DNA of 64,000 bases. It comes from Giardia intestinalis. Lineage: Eukaryota. The notes beneath the pieces were generated by a model. That model was not told the origin of the DNA and did not search any database. It was given only the letters and a program-made list of their open reading frames with translations. Below are positions 57,302 to 64,000 of this stretch, piece by piece. The translations under genes and the position numbers were made by a program. Each line of letters begins with the position of its first letter. Position 1 is the stretch's first letter. The stretch lies in assembly GCA_000002435.2 (NCBI GenBank), contig CM018791.1; one strand, 5' to 3'.

Positions 57302-57373
57302 CACCCAGAACAAAAGCAAGAGTCCAATTCACTATCACATAGCACGCACTTGATGCCACGCCATTACGGGACC

Positions 57374-59041
57374 TCACGGAGTCAGCCTCTCCTGGGTCCT
57401 TGGGAATAGACACGTCTGACGGCAGTTTTCAATTCCAAGCATCAGCATAACGATCCTTTCCAGACCAAGTCCTGCCCCGCCATGTGGTGCACATCCGTAT
57501 CTGAAAGCGTCTATGTATGACCTCAGAGACTCTGGATCCACGTTGCGCTCTCTGCACTGCTTCTCCAAGAGCTCCGGATCGTGAACACGCTGGGCCCCTG
57601 AGCATATCTCTTCGCCACGAATGAACATGTCATAACTATTAGAGTACCTGCCGTCGTGGGGATCGGGCATGGTGTAGAATGGCCTGGCATTCAGAGGGAA
57701 CTTGTCAAGAATATAGAAATCTGTGTTATACTTCTCCTTGATGAGTTTTCCTAGTGCCCGCTCATTTTCAGTGCTTAGATCATCCAATGGAGAGGCTTCA
57801 TATCCCGCCTCTTGGAGCATCTTGATCCCATCGCAGAAAGTGACAATTACAGTCTCATCTGCCCAGACAAGAGGCTCAGGAGCTGTCAGGTCGTATTGTG
57901 TGCGGACAATGGACATCTCCTTTGAACACCTCGCCTCTACCGCTTTGAATATGTGCTTCATAAGATCCCCTAACAGGACAAGGATCTCCGTGTACGACTC
58001 GTATATCTCCATTTCTAAATCAAGACCGATGAACTCACAAAGGTGACGGTGGGTGTGAGAATGTTCAGCTCTAAAGACAGGCCCAACTTCATACACACGA
58101 CCAAAACCACTCGAGATGCACATCTGCTTGTAGAGCTGCGGCGACTGGGCCAAGCATGCCTTAGTGTTGAAATAATTAACGTTAAAAACGGCTGCTCCGC
58201 CTTCTGACGTTCCGGCAACTATCTTGGGGGTATTGATTTCAATGAAGCCAGCCTTATCCAGGAAGGATCGGAATTCGTGCGCAATTGCGCTCCTCACGCG
58301 CATTATGGCTTGATTGGTCGGGGTGCGGAGATCAATGACTCTATAGTCTTGCTTGGTGTCCTTGCCCGGGCGCACATATTGACTGTCTGGTGCTTGATAG
58401 ACAGAGTCTGGACGCATAGCGTCATCCACCTGTAGAGGCATTTGGCTTGCTGCCCGCGATATAGCGTATATCTTTTCAAGTTGAAGCTCGTAGTCCCTAT
58501 GCTCTGCACTGGCCGTTTTAATTGGTGCATCCACAGAGGAGAGAGCTCCACAGACTTCCACAACAGATTCAGGGGGCAAAGAGTTGATGTATTTGATCAT
58601 TGCTCTGTACTCGTCTACTTTCTCAGCCGAACCCTCCGACTTTCCCGGGACGAAACAGCATGCCTGAAGAATCGCCATCTTTCCGCGGAGCATTAGGAAC
58701 GCGCTCTTTCCAGTAGCGCGGACCGTATGAATCCGTGCACGGACCCAAACCTTATGGCCAACAAGATGGGTAAGAGGCCTGTCTATATCAGTCAGCTTGC
58801 GGAATGATGATAGTTCCGGTTGTGACATGTGAAGAGGAGCGTCTCCAAACCGCAAGCGTCTAAATTGAGCGGTTGTGAGAACCGGAGGAATATACGCCTC
58901 TGCAAAGTCCACTCCAGCCTGCTTGCTTTTATTCTCTGCCCTCTTCGCTTGCTTTTCTGCCTCTTTTGCAGCCTTTTTCAGAGCCTTCTTGGACAGTTCA
59001 GCGGGCTGTTGGGGTGCTGGGTCGGCCATTTTAATTCGCAT
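57374..59041 (-). CDS. Aspartyl-tRNA synthetase, cytoplasmic type (class IIb), 555 aa
   Basis: Lys-rich N-terminal extension, anticodon-binding OB fold, and class II motifs FRAEHSHTHRHLCEFIGLDLEM and GCAPHGGAGLGLERIVMLMLGIENCRQTCLFPRTQERLTP. Confidence 0.85.
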   Translation of the reverse strand: MRIKMADPAPQQPAELSKKALKKAAKEAEKQAKRAENKSKQAGVDFAEAYIPPVLTTAQFRRLRFGDAPLHMSQPELSSFRKLTDIDRPLTHLVGHKVWVRARIHTVRATGKSAFLMLRGKMAILQACCFVPGKSEGSAEKVDEYRAMIKYINSLPPESVVEVCGALSSVDAPIKTASAEHRDYELQLEKIYAISRAASQMPLQVDDAMRPDSVYQAPDSQYVRPGKDTKQDYRVIDLRTPTNQAIMRVRSAIAHEFRSFLDKAGFIEINTPKIVAGTSEGGAAVFNVNYFNTKACLAQSPQLYKQMCISSGFGRVYEVGPVFRAEHSHTHRHLCEFIGLDLEMEIYESYTEILVLLGDLMKHIFKAVEARCSKEMSIVRTQYDLTAPEPLVWADETVIVTFCDGIKMLQEAGYEASPLDDLSTENERALGKLIKEKYNTDFYILDKFPLNARPFYTMPDPHDGRYSNSYDMFIRGEEICSGAQRVHDPELLEKQCRERNVDPESLRSYIDAFRYGCAPHGGAGLGLERIVMLMLGIENCRQTCLFPRTQERLTP

Positions 59042-59177
59042 TGGTGAAAAATGCCTAAAAAATGAAAAAATTTAATATAAATCTTGATATCAATAATCCC
59101 ACAACAATCTCTTAAAAAATAATTTATTAGCTTGCAGTTAAATCAAGAATGCAGTAGTATTGCGATTACTTACACGG

Positions 59178-62114
59178 TTAGGCACTCATCTCATAGAACT
59201 TGAAAACAGCCGCTTGGCATCTGGAGGGGCAATCCAGATACAGATACAAGTCTCCCAGAAGGAGCTTCACGGCCCTTAGTAGGTGGGGACTTCCCCGTTC
59301 GCTCATAGGGATCAAGACCATCATTATGTCTAACAGCTCTAGCTCATGCTCTCCTTCGAATGATAGGCTTTCAATCGGCTTTGACTCTGCTAGCACGACA
59401 GGGATCGTGCTATAGGAAGACCTGCTAACGTCTACAAATTGGCAATCCTCAAACAGGACAGAACTAAAGAACCACATAACCACAAGCATGCAGCACAGCT
59501 CATCGGGATCGAAGCGACCCCACAGCTTGTTGCAATGCACATAGTAGATGGCCTTTCTCACGTCGTGTATATATGGAACTGATCCAACATCTAGTCCGCC
59601 ATGGACAAGCTTGCTGCCGACCTGCGAGGCCCAAAGGCGTAACTGAATTACGAGGGCATTGTCTGATGATAGGTCTTTAGTTGTCAATACGAGCGAGTCT
59701 GGATACTCCCGTGCCACAGCCTTATCACCGTCTACACAGGTTATGCACTTAACTTCTCCAGGTCCTGCTTTCTGTTTGGTTGTGCTTACAGGCTCATCCA
59801 ACCTGCTGCTTATGAAACTAGTGTTCTTAACAGTCATGGCACCAAGATGTCCGATGTAATTAAAGAGCTCTGTGATTGCACGGCCAATAAATGTTGCTGA
59901 GATCGCCTGTTTAATGGTGGACTCGGTTGTAAACAGGTAGCACGCATCCTCAATACTATGAATATCGTAAATGTCACGTATTAGAAAGGCCCGCGTGTAA
60001 ATAATAGACGTCAGAGCATGACGGATAGATGACCAAGACGAGAATGATGTGTAAAGGGCATAGTAGTAAGTCTCAGTGAGGGTCTTGATGTAGTCCTTTA
60101 AGTTCTGTGTACGCATCTTAGAGAGGGTGAAAGAGCGAGATGGCGGATAAATAGCAACGCTTGGCAGTCGCACAGTACCTGAGCCGGGCGGAGAGTGTGT
60201 TATGGTGTTATAGTTAGTGAAGCAATTCAGCTGCATTGGTGTACCATATGGAGCTTCAATCCATGCTTTCTTCGCCTGTATGTCATCTTTTGTCACGGTC
60301 TTCAAGTCATTGAGATAGGTTGGACCCCCAATGGTCCCGGGTGCGTATCTCTTCCCCACCTCTACCCTATTAAATCGCGTGCCTGGAGGGCAAATATTAC
60401 GAGGCTCTGTGCTGTTCCATTTTGATGGCATCGTCCCAGCAATCTTATCGAGTGTCTTGAGCGTATGAGGCACCAGACTGGAATCATAGCCCTCACGCAT
60501 CTTTGAGTAGGCTGACACTGTCTTACTTCTATCAACTGGAGGCTCGATTGAAAGTGGCTTTTGTATTTCTCCGACAGAGCGTGCCAGGTTGACCGTGGCT
60601 TTACCACCTCGTCGATGCGTACAGACAGAGGTACCAACCCTGTTGCTGATTGCATCTCTACTAGACTTTAGGTTCATTCCTCCAGAGAGCACGTTGTTGG
60701 GTGTGTCATCTTGTAAGGACACCTTTTTATGATACTCTGCGGTGGCTACTAATAGATCACAAGCCACCTTACACATCATGACAATAATGTCAGTGTCGGC
60801 AGCCTTGGAGTTCTCTATCATATTAATTGCATCTTCGTTATTAAGCTTATAGTATGTCCTGGGGTCTCGGATGTTAAACTGCGGGATTCCAGGATTGATG
60901 GCAGATATATCTGACACTTGTAAATTCTGTGTCGATTTGCTTAGTACAAGTCCGCGTCTACTTAACTTCAAAGGGATCTGCATCGGAGACTTGGGCATGT
61001 TTTGGTAAACAGACCCGCTTGCACCCAGGGCGTTTTGGATGAGCATACTCTCTGCGATCGTATGAGCCGGGCTCTCTTCTGGTTCGTCATCAATAGCAAT
61101 GAATTGCGATGAAGAAGAAAGGTCTTGCAAGGCATCTGACACGGAAAGGGCCATAGGGTTGCCAAGAAATTGGCGGTACGGCTCTAGGTTGATGGTTGTT
61201 TTGTTCTGCAGGCTCATAAGGTCAAATTCTTCCTCCTTATTATGCGATGCATGCATAGCCGATGAACCTTTGGTGTATGTGTGTCTTCGTGTTTGCCAAG
61301 TCTCACTAAGCTCCATGCCAGCGTCCGAGATTCGCAGCCACACATTGTTAAAGATAGTTATTATAAGCCCAAGGGACCTTGTGCAGAGGGACTCGTACTC
61401 CAGTTCGTTTTCAGAAATGATTTCGAGATGATAGAGTTTGTTTACGAGTTCCGCCGCGAGAAGTAGAAGATAGCATTCATTAGATAGCCCCAGAGACGTC
61501 GAGCTTATCTCTGCTTTAAAGACAGCAAGCGTGGGGAGCAACGAATTGGATATTCTTTGCCGCTCGTTGAAGTAAGCATTGCGTGGGTCAAGCACATTGG
61601 CAGTAGAGCTCTTCGCGCCTTTGGAGCCATGCTGCCCCGTGTTAGTGGTCTTTGTATTTGTCGTGAGAATTTGCTCCGTGTCACAGTGAAACGTAGTAAG
61701 ATAGGAGCCGGTCACGACCATGTTGCAGTAGCTCAAGATGTCCAGGTCACTGAGCATCCCCTTTCCATAGCTCCAAAAGACTGTCCGTATAATTTCGGGC
61801 TGGATAACCTCAGCACAATGGTATGGCATGAAAACTCGATTGCAGATGGAGAGAACATTTCTAATCGAGCATAACTCCGTGAAGTAAGCCATCAGGGCAG
61901 AGGCAATGGCGTTAACGATGTCTGTGTAATGAGCCTGCTCTTGCGCATTAAACTTGACAAGTACTCTGGGGTCTAGCTTCAGGCACGGCAGAATGTCAAG
62001 AAACCCCGCTAACGTGCCCGAAATCTCAGCCCTTACCTTGGGATGAGCAAGATTTTCCTGAAGAATTGTCTGCAAAGCGGCGTACTGGCTTTCTAACGAG
62101 TTTAAGTCTATCAT
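59178..62114 (-). CDS. Hypothetical protein, 978 aa
   Basis: Long ORF with an AT-rich 136-bp upstream region (59042-59177). No recognisable domain. Confidence 0.6.
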   Translation of the reverse strand: MIDLNSLESQYAALQTILQENLAHPKVRAEISGTLAGFLDILPCLKLDPRVLVKFNAQEQAHYTDIVNAIASALMAYFTELCSIRNVLSICNRVFMPYHCAEVIQPEIIRTVFWSYGKGMLSDLDILSYCNMVVTGSYLTTFHCDTEQILTTNTKTTNTGQHGSKGAKSSTANVLDPRNAYFNERQRISNSLLPTLAVFKAEISSTSLGLSNECYLLLLAAELVNKLYHLEIISENELEYESLCTRSLGLIITIFNNVWLRISDAGMELSETWQTRRHTYTKGSSAMHASHNKEEEFDLMSLQNKTTINLEPYRQFLGNPMALSVSDALQDLSSSSQFIAIDDEPEESPAHTIAESMLIQNALGASGSVYQNMPKSPMQIPLKLSRRGLVLSKSTQNLQVSDISAINPGIPQFNIRDPRTYYKLNNEDAINMIENSKAADTDIIVMMCKVACDLLVATAEYHKKVSLQDDTPNNVLSGGMNLKSSRDAISNRVGTSVCTHRRGGKATVNLARSVGEIQKPLSIEPPVDRSKTVSAYSKMREGYDSSLVPHTLKTLDKIAGTMPSKWNSTEPRNICPPGTRFNRVEVGKRYAPGTIGGPTYLNDLKTVTKDDIQAKKAWIEAPYGTPMQLNCFTNYNTITHSPPGSGTVRLPSVAIYPPSRSFTLSKMRTQNLKDYIKTLTETYYYALYTSFSSWSSIRHALTSIIYTRAFLIRDIYDIHSIEDACYLFTTESTIKQAISATFIGRAITELFNYIGHLGAMTVKNTSFISSRLDEPVSTTKQKAGPGEVKCITCVDGDKAVAREYPDSLVLTTKDLSSDNALVIQLRLWASQVGSKLVHGGLDVGSVPYIHDVRKAIYYVHCNKLWGRFDPDELCCMLVVMWFFSSVLFEDCQFVDVSRSSYSTIPVVLAESKPIESLSFEGEHELELLDIMMVLIPMSERGSPHLLRAVKLLLGDLYLYLDCPSRCQAAVFKFYEMSA

Positions 62115-62149
62115 CAGAAGAGAAATCGGTTTACTTAAACACTATGTAA

Positions 62150-62764
62150 TTACGAGATCGCAGAAGCAACAGGAGGAGAGAGCATTCGGGCTAGTTCCGG
62201 TTCACAGAGCTTTATTGCTCGGTCGATCCTCTCATTGAATGTTTCTTCTATGGTCACGGCTCCAGAGGCGGAGTACAAGCGGATGCCCATTACATCTTCT
62301 GGAAGCGATTCCGTGGAGGACAACGTTACAGTATGACAAAACTGCCTACCGACAATATAGTTTCTGACATGATCTGAATCACATGCACGCGAAACCAAAA
62401 CGCAATCATCACCAAGAGTATCTATAGATTCCTGAATGATGCTGCAAAGTGCTGTGTAATAAGCTGGAGTGCGATCAATCTGCTTGAGGCTTGTTTTAGC
62501 GGCATCTCGCACCCTATCAATTATACCTTGAACGGCCTCTGCCATGCGAAAGGTACGCGTGATTTCAAGGCGAGAGATCTGGGAGGCACGGTCTTCCTCG
62601 AGGCTTCGGCGTTTTTCACAAAGTAGCTCCTCCACGCGCTCACGGTCAGCACGCTTCTGCGCCCGCGAGGCAATGAATCCCCGCATGGCGATTTCCGCAC
62701 GCGTCTCAAAGACAAGGCTGTCATGCTCGGAGATCGTCGCGTACAGCGAACCTGCGGTAATCAT
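62150..62764 (-). CDS. V-type H+-ATPase subunit E, 204 aa
   Basis: C-terminal block SLPEDVMGIRLYSASGAVTIEETFNERIDRAIKLCEPELARML aligns with the V-ATPase E consensus (...[41 protein letters not shown]...). Charged helical N-terminus. Its ATG lies 30 nt from the tubulin stop. Confidence 0.7.
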   Translation of the reverse strand: MITAGSLYATISEHDSLVFETRAEIAMRGFIASRAQKRADRERVEELLCEKRRSLEEDRASQISRLEITRTFRMAEAVQGIIDRVRDAAKTSLKQIDRTPAYYTALCSIIQESIDTLGDDCVLVSRACDSDHVRNYIVGRQFCHTVTLSSTESLPEDVMGIRLYSASGAVTIEETFNERIDRAIKLCEPELARMLSPPVASAIS

Positions 62765-62784
62765 AAATCTAAATTAAGGGAGAA

Positions 62785-62791
62785 ATTCACT
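62785..62791 (-). terminator. Polyadenylation signal AGTGAAT for alpha-tubulin
   Basis: AGTRAAY match 3 nt after the tubulin TAA, inside the 30-nt spacer before the V-ATPase E ATG (62764). Confidence 0.7.
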
Positions 62792-62794
62792 CGC

Positions 62795-64000
62795 TTAGTA
62801 GGCGTCGTCCTCCTCCATGTCCTCGCCCTCGCCGTCGCCAAGGGTCTCGGCGCCGATCTCCTCGTAGTCCTTCTCGAGGGCGGCGAGGTCCTCGCGGGCC
62901 TCGGAGAACTCGCCCTCCTCCATGCCCTCACCGACGTACCAGTGCACGAAGGCGCGCTTGGCGTACATCAGATCGAACTTGTGGTCCATGCGGGACCAGA
63001 CCTCGGCGATGGCCGTCGTGTTGGAGATCATGAGGCAGGAGCGCTGGACCTTCGCAAGGTCGCCGCCGGGGATGACGGTCGGGGGCTGGTAGTTGATGCC
63101 GACCTTGAAGCCTGTCGGGCACCAGTCGACGAACTGGATCGTGCGCTTCGTCTTGATGACCGCGATGGCCGCGTTGACGTCCTTCGGGACGACGTCGCCG
63201 CGGTACATCATGCAGCACGCCATGTACTTGCCGTGGCGGGGGTCGCACTTGACCATCATGTTCGCCGGCTCGAAGACGGAGTTGGTGAGCTCGGCGACGG
63301 AGAGCTTCTCGTGGTACGCCTTCTCGGACGAGATGATGGGCGCGTACGAGCAGAGCGGGAAGTGGATGCGCGGGTACGGGACGAGGTTCGTCTGGAACTC
63401 CGTCAGGTCGACGTTGAGGGCGCCGTCGAAGCGGAGCGAGGCCGTGATCGAGGAGATGCACTGGGCGATCAGGCGGTTGAGGTTCGTGTATGTCGGGCGC
63501 TCGATGTCGAGGTTGCGGCGGCAGATGTCGTACATGGCCTCGTTGTCGACCATGAAGGCGCAGTCGGAGTGCTCAAGCATCGAGTGCGCGGCGAGGATCG
63601 TGTTGTACGGCTCGACGACGGCCGTCGCGATCTGGGGCGAGGGGTAGACGACGAACTCGAGCTTGGACTTGCGGCCGTAGTCGACGCTCAGGCGCTCGAG
63701 GAAGAGGGACCCGAAGCCGGCGCCCGTGCCTCCTCCGAAGGAGTGGAAGATCAGGAAGCCCTGGAGCCCGGAGCAGTTGTCTGCGAGCTTGCGGACGCGG
63801 TCGAGGACGAGGTCGACGATCTCCTTGCCGATCGTGTAGTGCCCGCGGGCGTAGTTGTTGGCGGCGTCCTCCTTGCCAGAGATCAGCTGCTCGGGGTGGT
63901 AGAGCTGGCGGTACGAGCCCGCGCGGACCTCGTCGACGACCGTGGGCTCGAGGTCAACGAAGACCGCGCGCGGGACGTGCTTGCCGGCGCCCGTCTCCGA
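62795..64000 (-). CDS. Alpha-tubulin, C-terminal ~400 aa. The 5' end lies beyond the window. Ends ...[14 protein letters not shown].
   Basis: The track ORF 62795..63580 begins at an internal Met. Translation of the minus strand up to 64000 continues the alpha-tubulin sequence (...[14 protein letters not shown]... at 63960-64000). Very GC3-rich. AGTGAAT 3-9 nt after the stop. Confidence 0.95.
   Translation of the reverse strand, partial: SETGAGKHVPRAVFVDLEPTVVDEVRAGSYRQLYHPEQLISGKEDAANNYARGHYTIGKEIVDLVLDRVRKLADNCSGLQGFLIFHSFGGGTGAGFGSLFLERLSVDYGRKSKLEFVVYPSPQIATAVVEPYNTILAAHSMLEHSDCAFMVDNEAMYDICRRNLDIERPTYTNLNRLIAQCISSITASLRFDGALNVDLTEFQTNLVPYPRIHFPLCSYAPIISSEKAYHEKLSVAELTNSVFEPANMMVKCDPRHGKYMACCMMYRGDVVPKDVNAAIAVIKTKRTIQFVDWCPTGFKVGINYQPPTVIPGGDLAKVQRSCLMISNTTAIAEVWSRMDHKFDLMYAKRAFVHWYVGEGMEEGEFSEAREDLAALEKDYEEIGAETLGDGEGEDMEEDDAY

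Noticed and set aside
62928-63647. 177-aa minus and 184-aa plus ORFs overlapping alpha-tubulin
   Set aside because: Alternative frames of an extremely GC3-rich tubulin gene; Arg/Pro-rich nonsense translations.
1-64000. Prokaryotic-style systems (CRISPR arrays, operons, defence islands) and transposable elements
   Set aside because: The sequence is eukaryotic (tubulin, proteasome, ankyrin arrays, monocistronic genes with individual polyA signals). I found no direct-repeat/spacer arrays and no reverse-transcriptase, transposase or integrase-like ORFs.

Overview
This window looks like nuclear DNA from a diplomonad, most likely Giardia intestinalis/lamblia; that is an inference from gene content and layout, not a database hit. 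Supporting evidence: a 580-aa arginine deiminase; an ADP-forming (archaeal-type) acetyl-CoA synthetase; an alpha-tubulin ending ...EDMEEDDAY; many 'protein 21.1'-type ankyrin plus coiled-coil proteins; intronless genes separated by 10-270 bp; AT-rich tracts directly upstream of each ATG; and AGTRAAY polyadenylation motifs a few nt after stop codons, once overlapping the stop. About 93% of the window is coding. I count 30 protein-coding genes (two run off the window edges), no rRNA/tRNA, no CRISPR and no recognisable transposon. Confidently assigned genes: arginine deiminase, ACS-ADP, methionine aminopeptidase 2, glycogen debranching enzyme (1731 aa), proteasome alpha-6-type subunit, aspartyl-tRNA synthetase, V-ATPase subunit E, alpha-tubulin. 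The rest are lineage-specific hypotheticals, including one 3147-aa protein and a >1540-aa protein truncated at position 1. Most notable hunt results: a DUSP-fold pseudophosphatase with the catalytic Cys replaced by Ser; a stand-alone PII/CutA-like domain resembling the insert domain of YqfO-type NIF3 proteins; a tandem pair of small 4-TM paralogs; a head-to-head pair of paralogous ankyrin/coiled-coil genes; and extreme 3'UTR/promoter overlap between neighbouring genes. The supplied ORF track allows TTG/GTG starts and drops edge-truncated ORFs, so several true ATG starts differ from track starts. Motif coordinates I derived by eye may be off by 1-2 nt.
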